This document shows positions 51,709 to 61,937 of a DNA stretch of 64,000 bases, one piece after another (position 1 is the first letter of the stretch; each line of letters begins with the position of its first letter). The position numbers and the translations under genes were made by a program. The DNA lies in NCBI GenBank assembly GCA_963757655.1, contig CAVWSQ010000001.1:1970996-2034995 (forward strand), read 5' to 3'. The DNA comes from an uncultured Acidobacteriota bacterium. Its GTDB lineage: Bacteria > Acidobacteriota > Vicinamibacteria > Vicinamibacterales > CAVVIG01. The notes below the pieces were generated by a model. That model had not been told where the DNA came from and did not search any database. It saw only the letters and a program-made list of their open reading frames with translations.

Positions 51709-53379
51709 TTACAGCGGCGCGGTTTCCGGCGCGGTTGGCCTTGCCGCCGCAGCCATCGCACGCAGGAATTGACGGAGCCGGCTCCCGGTCATCGCCTGCA
51801 GTCTGAACACGCCCGCGCGCCGGCCATCGAGCGCTTCGGCGAGGAACCTCTCGTCAGTGCGGCGATCGACAACGAACACCACGTGCTCGAGAGGGACCTG
51901 GCGCGCCAGCTCGTGCAGTTCGAAGCCACAGCCGGCGTTCTGACGCGAGAAGCCTCGCAGGTCCATCACCACCGCGTCGCTCTCGCGAACCAGGCGGGTC
52001 AACACCATCTTCCAGGTGTCGTCATAGCAGAAGAATTCGTTGACCCGGCAGCGCAGATCGCGGTCCGGCAAGATGTCGCGCTCGCTCATCCGGCGATTCA
52101 GAGCCGCCTCCCCGTCGATGAAGCGGCGCGAGAGCCGGCCCGAGACGAAGTCGAGAAACTCGTGCGGTTCGACGGTCCGGCTCACGAGGTCGATGCCGGC
52201 AATCATCTGAATGCTTCCCACCCGCCTCCAGTGCCGCCCGACGAAGTCGAACAGCCGTTCGCTGTCGTGTCCGATCGAAAACGATCGCAGGACCAGCAGC
52301 GTCGGTCTCTGGTGGAGCTCACGGCTGCCGCGCCCCAGCCACCAGAAACCGATTCGCGTGACCGTTTTGTAGGCGGCCAGCGCCGCGACGGCGGCCAGCG
52401 TCCACAACGGATGCCCGAACACGAGGTTGATCGCATGGCAGATGGTGAACAGCACCCAGATCGCATCGACGGTCACCGACTCATCACTGATTTTTTTCGC
52501 CCGATACTGTTTGCCGATCCAGAGCAGCACCACCCATCCCAGCGCGGCGAAGAGGACGAATCCCACCGCGAGCATCGCGACAAAGGCGCCAGTCGCGCCG
52601 AGGCCGATCGACGAGGTCACGTCAATGAGGGCGCGCAGGTAACGAACCTGGCCGCCGACGATCGACGTCACCACCTCGCTGCCAATCGACGCCAGCAGCA
52701 TCAAGGTGAAAATCAGCGGACCCACGGCGCGGATTCGGCGCGCGAGGAATGTGAGCAGCAGAATCGTCGGCGGCAGGTCGTACATGATCCACGCCGTCAG
52801 AATCTGCAACCACGTCAGCTCCGGACTGCTGGACTTGGCGGCACCACCGATGGTGATGAGCACGATGAAGTAGGCCGCCGTCACCACCGTCTTGGCGCGG
52901 CGTGTGGTCGCCGACACGATGCCGATCGTCAACACCACCGGCCAGCCAAAGATCCAGGCGAGGAACAGAAAACGGAGCGGCAGGATGTCCAGACGGTCTG
53001 CCGTCAGCTGTGCGGCCGCCATGAGCAGGCCGTAGACGCCGCCGGCAGCCGCGTAGACGATGGCGGCGCGGCGCGGTTCGCCGCGCAGTTGCGCCAGCAG
53101 CCGCATCGCGGATGTGGTAGCGGAATCGTCCGACAGATCCTGAAGCGTGGAGCGCGCGCCTTCGACAGGGCCCCTGTCCGCCGGATCAGCCGGCACCGGC
53201 ACACGAGCCGCCACTACTGGCGAACGGTCGTGCGCCTGGCGCATCGAGCGGCGTACCGCGCGCGCGTAAAGAGCAAGGACAGCCCATGCGATCGGGAACG
53301 TCAGCACGGCAGCCAGCAGGAGGTGGAACGAAAGGTGGCCCGTCAGCGCAGAGGTGACGGGATCAATCGACTCAGTCAT
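51709..53379 (-). CDS. polytopic membrane protein with cytoplasmic C-terminal domain, uncharacterised
   Basis: Track ORF 51709..53496. Start at ATG 53379 (MTESIDPVTSALTGHLSFHLLLAAVL), preceded by GGGAG. About 10 hydrophobic segments, then a soluble domain of about 200 aa. Confidence 0.7.
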   Translation of the reverse strand: MTESIDPVTSALTGHLSFHLLLAAVLTFPIAWAVLALYARAVRRSMRQAHDRSPVVAARVPVPADPADRGPVEGARSTLQDLSDDSATTSAMRLLAQLRGEPRRAAIVYAAAGGVYGLLMAAAQLTADRLDILPLRFLFLAWIFGWPVVLTIGIVSATTRRAKTVVTAAYFIVLITIGGAAKSSSPELTWLQILTAWIMYDLPPTILLLTFLARRIRAVGPLIFTLMLLASIGSEVVTSIVGGQVRYLRALIDVTSSIGLGATGAFVAMLAVGFVLFAALGWVVLLWIGKQYRAKKISDESVTVDAIWVLFTICHAINLVFGHPLWTLAAVAALAAYKTVTRIGFWWLGRGSRELHQRPTLLVLRSFSIGHDSERLFDFVGRHWRRVGSIQMIAGIDLVSRTVEPHEFLDFVSGRLSRRFIDGEAALNRRMSERDILPDRDLRCRVNEFFCYDDTWKMVLTRLVRESDAVVMDLRGFSRQNAGCGFELHELARQVPLEHVVFVVDRRTDERFLAEALDGRRAGVFRLQAMTGSRLRQFLRAMAAAARPTAPETAPL

Positions 53380-53404
53380 ACACGCTCCCGATACAGCCGA
53401 GGGC

Positions 53405-53428
53405 GTCCGGCTGAGGCGGGACACTAAC
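53405..53428 (-). repeat. degenerate REP-like element (opposite orientation)
   Basis: GTCCGGCTGAGGCGGGACACTAAC versus the reverse complement of the array element GTCCGGCTGAAGCCGGACACTACC (about 21 of 24 identical). Lies in a divergent intergenic region. Confidence 0.45.
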
Positions 53429-53598
53429 AGCATTCGCGGGTAGATGTCGACTACACCCGAGCTGCCGGACGGGTCGTCCACGTAGCGTTTTTTCACGATC
53501 CGAAGCGATCTGCGTCACCACCGGTCGAGCCGCAGTCGATATGAGGTGCGACTGAAGAGGCTCAAACGGCTGGCACAGGCGCTTCTCTTGGCACGCTC

Positions 53599-54969
53599 GT
53601 GGCACCAGCGGACGAGATGACGCTAGCGAGCCCACCCGTGCGCATCCTGATCGATTCCGGCAGCTATCACGCGCTGAATGTGGGGGACGTCGCCATGCTG
53701 CAGGCCGGCATCGAACGGCTGCGCCAGCTCTGGCCGGACGCATCGATCGCGGTCGTGACGAATTCGCCCGCGGCGCTCGCGACGCATTGCCCGGGCGTGC
53801 GGGCAGTGCCGCTGACCGGGCGCGTGGCATTTCGAAGCGACCGATTTTTCGGGCGCGCCAGTGGCCTGCTGCCGGGTCGGCTTGGCGCCACCCTCGACGC
53901 CATACACGACCGCCTGCGGCAGCGCTGGCCGGCGACACTCGCCGCGATTATTGCCGGCAAGCGCGCCATGGTGCTCCGACGCGACTGGCTGGCGGCACCG
54001 AGCTACATCCGCGCCCTGAAACGTGCCGATCTCGTGGTGGCGACCGGTGCCGGCGTGCTGACGGACGCCTTCCTGGAAAATGCCACCGGTGTACTCGAGA
54101 CGCTCGCCTTTGCGATTCAGCGGAACGTGCCAACCGCCGCCTTCGGGCAAGGCATCGGGCCGGTGTCCAACCCGGCACTACGACGGCGGATGTCGGACGT
54201 GTTGCCCCATCTCGCCCTCATCGCCTTGCGCGAGCGACGCGAGAGCGTCCGCCTGCTGGCCGAGATCGGCGTGCACCCGGATCGGATCGTCGTCACGGGC
54301 GACGATGCGATCGAGATGGCGAGTCGTGGTGCACGAGCGGAGCTCGGCGACGCCATCGGGGTCAATGTTCGGGTGGCCGGCTATGCCGGCGTCACCGCGG
54401 CGTCGGCCATCGACGTGGTTGGTCCCGCCGTACGCCGCGCGGCAGGACGGCTGGCCGCGCCACTCCTCGCTGTGCCGATCGCGCACCATCCGGACTGCCA
54501 CGATGGCGTCGCGATTCGGGAGTTGCTGACTGGGGCAGACAACTCGTCCGCACCCCTCGTCAGTCTCGACACGCCCGCCAGGGCGATCGCCCAGGTGGCG
54601 CGATGCCGCGTCGTCGTCACCGGCAGCTACCACGCGGCGGTGTTTGCGCTGGCTCAGGGGATTCCGGTCGTCGCACTCGCGGCGACGCGATATTACGTCG
54701 ACAAATTTTCGGGGCTGCAGGAGTTCTTTGGGGACGGCTGCCGGACGGTCGTGATCGGATCGCCCGACGCAGCCGCCGACCTCGAAGCCGCCATCGTCGA
54801 GGCCTGGGCCGGCGCCCCCGCCCGGCGCGACGCGCTGCGCTCTGCCGCCGACGAGCAGGTTCGCCGCGGCAGGGATGCCTATCAGCTGCTCGGACGCGTC
54901 ATCGACGAAGGCGCCGACACGGGTTCGTTGCCGGTCCCGCGCCCGGTCTCAGCGCACCTCGAGGCGTAG
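53599..54969 (+). CDS. polysaccharide pyruvyl transferase family protein
   Basis: 456-aa ORF with a GTG start (alternative ATG at 53617). ILIDSGSYHALNVGDVAMLQAGIERL and VVVTGSYHAAVFALAQGIPVVAL match the pyruvyl-transferase (CsaB/WcaK-like) pattern. Confidence 0.8.
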   Translation: MAPADEMTLASPPVRILIDSGSYHALNVGDVAMLQAGIERLRQLWPDASIAVVTNSPAALATHCPGVRAVPLTGRVAFRSDRFFGRASGLLPGRLGATLDAIHDRLRQRWPATLAAIIAGKRAMVLRRDWLAAPSYIRALKRADLVVATGAGVLTDAFLENATGVLETLAFAIQRNVPTAAFGQGIGPVSNPALRRRMSDVLPHLALIALRERRESVRLLAEIGVHPDRIVVTGDDAIEMASRGARAELGDAIGVNVRVAGYAGVTAASAIDVVGPAVRRAAGRLAAPLLAVPIAHHPDCHDGVAIRELLTGADNSSAPLVSLDTPARAIAQVARCRVVVTGSYHAAVFALAQGIPVVALAATRYYVDKFSGLQEFFGDGCRTVVIGSPDAAADLEAAIVEAWAGAPARRDALRSAADEQVRRGRDAYQLLGRVIDEGADTGSLPVPRPVSAHLEA

Positions 54970-54982
54970 AGCGGACAGTCGA

Positions 54983-56101
54983 CTAACGCAACGTGACCTT
55001 TTGCGCGCGCCAGTTCCACACTTCGCCGACCCACAGCGTGCTCTCCGAGCGGCAGTCGATGGCGTTGACCATGCCGAAGTCGCGCGGCATCTTGCCGGCC
55101 TTGCCGAACCGGCCCACGACCTCGCCGTTCAGGCGCACCTTGTAGATCTCGCCGTGATCCATGCTTTCGGGATCGTTCGAGTTGGAGCTGTAGAGATACT
55201 GGGTCGCTCCACCTGACACACAGAGCGCCTGCGGCGTGCCGACGTTGACGATCTGTGACTTGAACGTGCCGTCGCCGTCGAACACCTGGATGCGGTTGTT
55301 GCCGGCATCCGCGACGTAGAGATTGCCTGCCGCGTCGGCGGCGATACCACGGATCCGGTTGAACTGGCCCTGGGCCGACCCGGTCTGCCCCCATGACTTC
55401 ACGAAGTCGCCGTCCTTGGTGAACTTGGCGATTCGGTTGTTGGTCCCGAAGCCGTCGGCGACATAGATGTCGCCGGTGCGATCCCAGGTGACATCCGCGG
55501 GGTTGTTGAAGCTGTCGCCGGGGACGCCGGCGCCAGGCGCGCCGCGCCCCCCCCGCCCGCCGCCTCCACCACCGCCGGGTCCACCGCCGGCAGCAGCCGG
55601 GGGAAGGACGCCACCGCGAGCCGGCACGCCGGGACCGGGTCTGACGCCGATGTTCTCCGGCTTGCGGCCGAGCACCAGCAGATATCGTCCGTCGGCGTCG
55701 AACTTCACGATCTGATTCGATCCGGCGTCGACGATCCAGATGTTGTCCTGTGGGTCGACGCGCACCTGCTGCGCGAAGTTGATCGCATACACGCCCTGGC
55801 CGATCTCCTTCACGAACTTGCCATTCTGATCGAACTCGAACAGGCGCGAGCCGTTGTGATAGAAGGTCCGCTCGTCGCCCAGCGTGGCGACCGCGTGTCC
55901 GGTGCGCGTGTAGACGAAGACATGGCCCTTCGAGTTGGTCGCCACGCCGGCGACCTCACCCAGGTAGGTGCCTTGCGGCAGCTGCAGCGCGTCGGCGTTC
56001 GCCTCGTAGCGGATGTCCGGTGCTGATTGCGCGAAGAGCGAGACACTCGCGGCCAGCCCAGCACCGGCGACGAGGCGGCAGAAACGACCCGTGGTTGTCA
56101 T
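54983..56101 (-). CDS. exported NHL-repeat six-bladed beta-propeller protein (with Gly-rich insertion)
   Basis: 372-aa ORF. Signal peptide MTTTGRFCRLVAGAGLAASVSLFAQS. Repeated DxxGNIYVAD-type blades (GDIYVADGFG, GNLYVADAGNNRIQVF). Paralogous to the next gene. Confidence 0.85.
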   Translation of the reverse strand: MTTTGRFCRLVAGAGLAASVSLFAQSAPDIRYEANADALQLPQGTYLGEVAGVATNSKGHVFVYTRTGHAVATLGDERTFYHNGSRLFEFDQNGKFVKEIGQGVYAINFAQQVRVDPQDNIWIVDAGSNQIVKFDADGRYLLVLGRKPENIGVRPGPGVPARGGVLPPAAAGGGPGGGGGGGRGGRGAPGAGVPGDSFNNPADVTWDRTGDIYVADGFGTNNRIAKFTKDGDFVKSWGQTGSAQGQFNRIRGIAADAAGNLYVADAGNNRIQVFDGDGTFKSQIVNVGTPQALCVSGGATQYLYSSNSNDPESMDHGEIYKVRLNGEVVGRFGKAGKMPRDFGMVNAIDCRSESTLWVGEVWNWRAQKVTLR

Positions 56102-56110
56102 CCGCGCCTC

Positions 56111-57187
56111 CTACCGGACCGCCGCGGTTGCCTTCGACGAGGGATGCAGCAGGATTTTCTGCACCCGCCACTCCGTAATCTCGGCGACGTAGATCTCGTT
56201 CGGGTTGCGGCAGTCCATCTGGTGGATGCTGCTGAATTCCTTGAAGGCGTGGCCGGCCTTGCCGAAACGGCCAAGGACGGTTCCGTCCAGCTCCATCTTG
56301 TAGACCTCGCCGGTCATCGGCGCCTGATCGAAGTTGTTCCCGGTCGGGAACGAATTGGAGCTGTAGAGATACTGGTGCGGCGTATTCGAGATGCACACCG
56401 CCCAGGGCGCGCCGACCGTGTCGTAGACCGCCTTCTGGTTGAGATCGTTGTCGAGGACGACGATGCGCGAGTTGCCGCGATCGGCGACATAGACCATGCC
56501 CTTGGCGTCGACCGCGAGCGCGTGCGGGGTGCTGAACTGGAGCGTCCCGTTCCCGCGCGTGCCAACCGCCTTGACGAAGCGGCCGGTCTTGTCGTACTTC
56601 ACGATGCGCGAGTCACCGTAGCCGTCGGACACGAAAATGTTTCCGGCGGCGTCCCAGCCGACATCGGTTTCGCGGTGGAACGAGTACGGCTTGTTGGCAC
56701 CCGAGTACTGGCCGCCCCCGGGCATCAGCGACAGCTGCTCGAGCGGGTCGGGGCGCTTGCCCAGCACCATCAGGAGCTTGGCATCGGGGTTGAACTTCAT
56801 GATCACGTTCGAGCCCTCGTCAACGGCCCAGACGTTGTCGTCTTTGTCCACGCGCACCGCGTGCGCGAACGACACACCGTAGCTGCCGCTGCCGAACTCC
56901 TTGACGAAGGCACCGGTCTGATCGAACTCGAAGAGACGGGTCTCGCCGCTGCGCGTGTAGACGAACACGTGCCCCTTGGAATTGGTCGCGACGCCGACGC
57001 CCTCACCCATGTAGAGCCCGGGCAACAGCTTGAAGAAGTTGGGCACCGAATCGAAGGGAATCTCGGGGGTGGTCGCCCGCGCCGTGGCCGGCCCGGAGAC
57101 GTTCTGTGTCAGTGCCCGCCCGCCCAGGAGCAGCAGGACCGCGACGACGCTCACGCTGAAACGTCGAATCATTTTCCCCTCCTTCAA
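56111..57187 (-). CDS. exported NHL-repeat six-bladed beta-propeller protein
   Basis: 358-aa ORF. Signal peptide MIRRFSVSVVAVLLLLGGRALTQ (from MKEGKMIRR...). Blades GNIFVSDGYGDSRIVKY and GMVYVADRGNSRIVVLD. Confidence 0.85.
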   Translation of the reverse strand: MKEGKMIRRFSVSVVAVLLLLGGRALTQNVSGPATARATTPEIPFDSVPNFFKLLPGLYMGEGVGVATNSKGHVFVYTRSGETRLFEFDQTGAFVKEFGSGSYGVSFAHAVRVDKDDNVWAVDEGSNVIMKFNPDAKLLMVLGKRPDPLEQLSLMPGGGQYSGANKPYSFHRETDVGWDAAGNIFVSDGYGDSRIVKYDKTGRFVKAVGTRGNGTLQFSTPHALAVDAKGMVYVADRGNSRIVVLDNDLNQKAVYDTVGAPWAVCISNTPHQYLYSSNSFPTGNNFDQAPMTGEVYKMELDGTVLGRFGKAGHAFKEFSSIHQMDCRNPNEIYVAEITEWRVQKILLHPSSKATAAVR

Positions 57188-57563
57188 TCGTCAGGCTTCG
57201 GACAGCACAGGTGACAGGCGACAGGCAACTAGCGACCTGTGCGCGCAAAGTAAAGTCGATAACGCAGGCCCGGCAGTGCAGATCCTTGCGAGCATTCTGC
57301 CGCCAGCTGACTGTCGGACTCATCTGCCTGTGCAGGTCGGTGAAAGGAATCGAGCGATCACGCCTAGACAAATGAAGGCGTTGCCGATTCCCGCAACCCA
57401 ACCGATGAGGTTTCCATGGCAAGCGCGCGATCGAGCTTCTCCCGTGGACTCCTCATCGCCCTGGCGCCCTCGGTGTTGCTATGGGCCGCCATCTTTTCGG
57501 TGGCATGTCCGCGGGCTCACGCCGCAGCCAGCGCGCTCACCCATGGCCGGATGAGGGGCATCT

Positions 57564-58013
57564 GTGTTCCCGAGTGACCGTCGCGCCTTTTGGCTGCACG
57601 ATCGCCGGAGTGTCACACGCGGCGGGCGGCGGCCGTGGGACCGCGCCGGCCGTCATCCGATCGTGTTGATTGCCGACAGTTACGCTCCGGCGCGCACCCC
57701 GTGCGCGATCTATCTCGATCGTCACGGATTCCTGGCCATCGAAGCGGGCAGCACAGACGAAGCGCTGACCAAGCTGCAGGGAGTATCGCCGCACGCGATC
57801 GTCTCCGGCCTGGATGACGACGATGCACGACGATTTTACGAGCAGCTCTCCAGCGACAAGGCGTGGTCGAGGGTTCCGATCGTGGTGATGGCCGCCGACT
57901 GGGACGTGCCGATGCCGCAGGCCTGCGCGACTATTCTCGCCAAGCCATTCCGTCTGCATAGGCTGCTGCAGCAACTGCGCGAGGTGTTCCGGGCCTCGCG
58001 GCCCAGTACGTGA
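57564..58013 (+). CDS. receiver-like (CheY-fold) single-domain protein, possibly a pseudo-receiver
   Basis: 149-aa ORF. IVLIADSYAP...AIVSGLDDDD...PIVVMAA...LAKPF resembles the REC layout but lacks the N-terminal acidic pair. Start uncertain. Confidence 0.45.
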   Translation: MFPSDRRAFWLHDRRSVTRGGRRPWDRAGRHPIVLIADSYAPARTPCAIYLDRHGFLAIEAGSTDEALTKLQGVSPHAIVSGLDDDDARRFYEQLSSDKAWSRVPIVVMAADWDVPMPQACATILAKPFRLHRLLQQLREVFRASRPST

Positions 58014-58063
58014 TTGGTGTAGATCTCGGATTCATCGTTGCACCACTGCGCAAGGAGATGCTC

Positions 58064-58816
58064 ATGACGACTCCCGACTGGGTGGCCAGGAATCGGCGCG
58101 CCAGCTACAACGCCATGCCCGGCTTTCCCTGGAAGGCCGCGTTCAAACTTTCGCAGGAGGAGGCGCGCGACCTCGTGGTCTCCTACGTGCTGAACAACCT
58201 GCTGACGCTCGAGAAGCCGGTTACGTTCGGAGCGGACGGGGCGCCAACCTACCCGGCCATCGGCCAGCGCGCCGCCCTCAGACTCGAGAACATCGGCGGC
58301 GTCCGGTTCGTGCCCGACAGCAAGGCCGCGGCCCGCTGGACCGCGACCGGAGCGATGGACCTGCGCACCGCGGTGCTTGCCGTCCGTCTTGGCACGTTTC
58401 TGCGCTCGAGCAAGTGGGCGGTATCGACGATCTTCTGGGGCGGCATGGGCGTGGGGCGCCACGACGACGATCGCCACGGCAAGGGCTACGCGATTGATTT
58501 TCACGGCGCCATCACCAACCTCGGTAAGTTCGACGTGGCGGCTGACTGGGGAAAGCAGCCGATCACGTTGCCGAACGGTCAGACGGCCCGGGCCTGGCCG
58601 TTGACGGTGCGGCCCTATTTCCGCCTCGACGTCGACACCCCCGCCGGCGGCTTCTTCAAGACGGTCTACCACTTCCTGGCGGGAGAGGCGGCGGACAACG
58701 GCAAGGCGAACGAGAGCTCAATCGGCGATCCCAGCCGCATCCTCCACCCGGACACTCCCGATGCCGGCCTGCGACCCTCCCACCAGGACCACGTGCACTG
58801 CGAGATCGACCGCTGA
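58064..58816 (+). CDS. LAS-type (M15/VanY-like) zinc peptidase-like protein
   Basis: Track ORF 58010..58816. Start at the second ATG, 58064, which is 6 nt after AAGGAG. H-x6-D (RHGKGYAID) and H-x-H (HQDHVHCE) motifs, as in D-Ala-D-Ala carboxypeptidase/LAS hydrolases. Confidence 0.55.
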   Translation: MTTPDWVARNRRASYNAMPGFPWKAAFKLSQEEARDLVVSYVLNNLLTLEKPVTFGADGAPTYPAIGQRAALRLENIGGVRFVPDSKAAARWTATGAMDLRTAVLAVRLGTFLRSSKWAVSTIFWGGMGVGRHDDDRHGKGYAIDFHGAITNLGKFDVAADWGKQPITLPNGQTARAWPLTVRPYFRLDVDTPAGGFFKTVYHFLAGEAADNGKANESSIGDPSRILHPDTPDAGLRPSHQDHVHCEIDR

Positions 58817-58870
58817 TCGCGGGGCCTTCTTCGATGTGAGCCGGCGGTCGAGCGCCCGCCGGCTCCGATG

Positions 58871-60097
58871 CTACGGCAACCTGCCGTACTTGCGCATCGC
58901 GGCGAGCATGCGATCGACCGGCATCGCGTAGATGCGCAGGTCGTTCGCCCCTGTCATCGTTTCGGCGGCGAGCAGGGCATTGGTAATCGCGGCCTCCGTC
59001 GCCTGCGCGGTGGCCACGAACAGCGGCGTGATCCTGTCGTTGGGCAGCATCTTGACGTCGGTGACCGGCTGGTCGTTGAACCAGGCTCGCGGATTCGCCG
59101 TGGAGAAGGCGACGAAGATATCGCCGGAGCTGTTACCGCCAAACCCGCCCTGACGCCCGATGCCGAGCGAGACCCGAGTGGCGAGACGCTTCAGTTGGTG
59201 CGGCAGCAGCGGAGCATCGGTCGCAGCGACGACGATGATCGAACCCTGGTCTTGCGACTGATCCACGGCAGCGGCGCCGCTGCGATCGTCGCAATGCCGG
59301 CGTGACGAGCCCGGCGGCATCGGATCGTGGTTGGCAATGCAGCCTTGCAAGTCGGCGATCTCCTCGCCAACCGGCACGCCGGCAATCCGCAGGTCGCGGC
59401 GCGATCCGTAGTTGCACTGCACCAGCACGCCGACGGTGTAACCGCCCTGGTCGGCAGGCAGCTTACGAGACGCTGTGCCGATGCCCCCTTTGAAGCCGTG
59501 GCAGACCATGCCAGTTCCGCCACCGACCGCGCCCTCCTTCGGCACACCACCCGAGGCGCCATCGAGTGCGGCGATCACGTGCTCGGGCCTGACGTGAAAT
59601 CCGTTGATGTCGTTCAGACCGCCATCGTAGGTCTCGGCCACGACCGGCAACCACCAGGGTTGCAGCGCGTTCTTCCGGGCGACTTCCCACTGGATGATGG
59701 CATCGCGCACGACGCCGACGCTGTGTGTGTTGGTGATCGCAACCGGGCCTTCGAGCAGGCCGCTCTCCTGCACCCAGGTCGTCCCGGTCATCTCGCCGTT
59801 GCCGTTGAGGGTGAACCAGGCCGCGAATACCGGATCGGGGTTGGCCTTGCCGCGCGGATGGATCACGGTGACCCCGGTCCGGATCGGTCCTTTGCCAACC
59901 ACCAGCTTGCCTGTCCCCGAAATCAGCGTGGTATGGCCCACCTCGACGCCGGCGACGTCGGTAATCGCGTCGAGCCCGCCGGCGGTACCGCCAATCGGCA
60001 GCTGGAGATCGCGCTCTCTGGGCTTCTGTGCCTGCAGCACGACGGGGAGCGTCAGGACGGCGACGAGCGCGATGGGTGCGTGCTTGTTGAGCTTCAT
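58871..60097 (-). CDS. P1 (DmpA/S58) family aminopeptidase, exported
   Basis: Track ORF 58871..60289. Start at ATG 60097 (MKLNKHAPIALVAVLTLPVVLQAQ). GVEVGHTT, TGVTVI, NGNGEMTGT and GGTGMVCHGFKGGIGTASR motifs. Confidence 0.85.
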   Translation of the reverse strand: MKLNKHAPIALVAVLTLPVVLQAQKPRERDLQLPIGGTAGGLDAITDVAGVEVGHTTLISGTGKLVVGKGPIRTGVTVIHPRGKANPDPVFAAWFTLNGNGEMTGTTWVQESGLLEGPVAITNTHSVGVVRDAIIQWEVARKNALQPWWLPVVAETYDGGLNDINGFHVRPEHVIAALDGASGGVPKEGAVGGGTGMVCHGFKGGIGTASRKLPADQGGYTVGVLVQCNYGSRRDLRIAGVPVGEEIADLQGCIANHDPMPPGSSRRHCDDRSGAAAVDQSQDQGSIIVVAATDAPLLPHQLKRLATRVSLGIGRQGGFGGNSSGDIFVAFSTANPRAWFNDQPVTDVKMLPNDRITPLFVATAQATEAAITNALLAAETMTGANDLRIYAMPVDRMLAAMRKYGRLP

Positions 60098-60258
60098 GTT
60101 GGCGTCATCTTGCGCGGATCGCGGGCGTTCGTCAACGCGGGGCGATCCGGATGATTCTGCTGATCGTCCCGCTCGTGCCGGCCACCCCGCGCGACCAGCC
60201 CGGGACGCTTCTCTCGCGCCGCGCCTCGAGGTCTTGAGCAATAATCGGCGCACACACC

Positions 60259-61806
60259 ATGTCGAGATCAACGACCCACGGCTCATCATTCGCTGCGCCA
60301 GCGTCGCGCCGGCCGGCCAACCTCACCCGCCGCCAGTTGCTCGCGGGGGCGGGCGCCGGCGCCGCCGCCTTCCTTCTCGATCGCGACACGCTCCAGGCGC
60401 AGGCGCCGCCGGCCAGGACCGTCGTCTTCGCGCATACCACCGTCATCAACGTCGACGCGGTCCTGAACGACGTGGCGCTCGCGATCAACGGCGACAGGAT
60501 CGCGGCGATTGGCCCGACTGACGCGATGCTCCAGACGTATCCCAACGCCGACGTCTACGATGGACGAGGCAAGGCGCTGCTACCCGGGCTCATCAACTGT
60601 CATGCGCATATGGCGGCGGTGCTCGCCCGCGGGTTCAACGAAGACTTCGGGTTCCCCAATTCCGCACATCTGGCCGTTCAGCCCGCCAGTCTGCTGCGCG
60701 GCGGGGAGGAGACGCTGATGGTCACGGTCGCGGCGCTCGAGGCGATCAAGACGGGAACCACTACCATCGTGGAAAACGTGGGGAACATCAGCCGCTCGGC
60801 CGCGGCATTGGCGCAGTCGGGCCTGCGCTGCGTGTTCGCCGAGTCGGTGCGCGACAGCGAAAATGTGGCGGGGCCGATGTCGCCCGATGGCCTTTCCCGC
60901 AGTCAAACACCCAGGTTCTCAGCCAGGCTGCGTGACGAAGGCATGCAGCGCATCGCGGATCTGTTCACGACCTGGCACGGTGCCAAACAGGGACGCATCA
61001 GTGTGTTTCCGGCGGCCGCGCTCGCCGAAACCTCGTCGCCCGAGCTGCTGCAGGTGGTTCGCACCTTCGCCGAGAAACACGATCTGGGCTACACGATTCA
61101 TCTGTCCCAGAGCGTCGCTGAGGTCGATTTCATGGTACGGCACCATGGGCTGCGTCCGCCGGCGTTCCTCGACAGACACGGCTTTCTCGGTCCACGGCTG
61201 TTCGCAGCGCATTGCCGCTACGTCGACGAGGGCGATATCGCATTGCTTGGCCGCACCGGCACCATCATCTCGCACCAGGCCAACATGGCCGCGAACCGGG
61301 GAGTGATCCCGCCCATCGCCAGGCTGCGCGCGGCCGGCTGCCCGATTGCGAATGGCACCGACAACAACACCAATGACATGTTCGGCGTCATGAAGGTTGC
61401 GCTGCTGACGGAACGCATCTCGCGCAACGATCCGAACCCGGGGCTGCGGCCGCAACCGGAAGACATGCTCGAAGATGCCACTCGGGGCGGGGCACGAGCC
61501 GTGCGGCAGGGTCAGGCCCTGGGCTCGCTCGAGGTCGGGAAGAAGGCCGACCTGATCGTACTCGACACGCGGCGCGCTCACCTCGTCCCGGCCGGACGCG
61601 TGCTGTCGGCGTGGATTCACAACGGTCAACCCTCCGATATCGAGTCGAGCATGGTCGACGGTCAGTTCATCATGCGCAACCGCAAGGTCCTGACCATGGA
61701 CGAGGATCAGATCGTCGCCGAGGCCGACAGGGTCGGGCAGCGGATTTGGGGGCAGGTGCAGGCCAGTGGTCCCGTTGCCGTGCCCGGCCGGTCGCGACGC
61801 CACTGA
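60259..61806 (+). CDS. amidohydrolase family protein (chlorohydrolase/deaminase-like) with Tat signal
   Basis: 515-aa ORF. Twin-arginine signal TRRQLLAGAGAGAAAFLL. LPGLINCHAHMA metal-binding motif and a later GTDNN motif. Confidence 0.85.
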   Translation: MSRSTTHGSSFAAPASRRPANLTRRQLLAGAGAGAAAFLLDRDTLQAQAPPARTVVFAHTTVINVDAVLNDVALAINGDRIAAIGPTDAMLQTYPNADVYDGRGKALLPGLINCHAHMAAVLARGFNEDFGFPNSAHLAVQPASLLRGGEETLMVTVAALEAIKTGTTTIVENVGNISRSAAALAQSGLRCVFAESVRDSENVAGPMSPDGLSRSQTPRFSARLRDEGMQRIADLFTTWHGAKQGRISVFPAAALAETSSPELLQVVRTFAEKHDLGYTIHLSQSVAEVDFMVRHHGLRPPAFLDRHGFLGPRLFAAHCRYVDEGDIALLGRTGTIISHQANMAANRGVIPPIARLRAAGCPIANGTDNNTNDMFGVMKVALLTERISRNDPNPGLRPQPEDMLEDATRGGARAVRQGQALGSLEVGKKADLIVLDTRRAHLVPAGRVLSAWIHNGQPSDIESSMVDGQFIMRNRKVLTMDEDQIVAEADRVGQRIWGQVQASGPVAVPGRSRRH

Positions 61807-61937
61807 CAGCACCGGAAGAGGGGGGCGATTTGCCCCGGCCTCTAGTGAAGATCGCGGCGCCTGTCGATAGAGGACAAGGGGCAGCCAGGTGCTCGCGATG
61901 CCAGCCGCCACGGAAGATGTTCACGAGTGAATGACGG

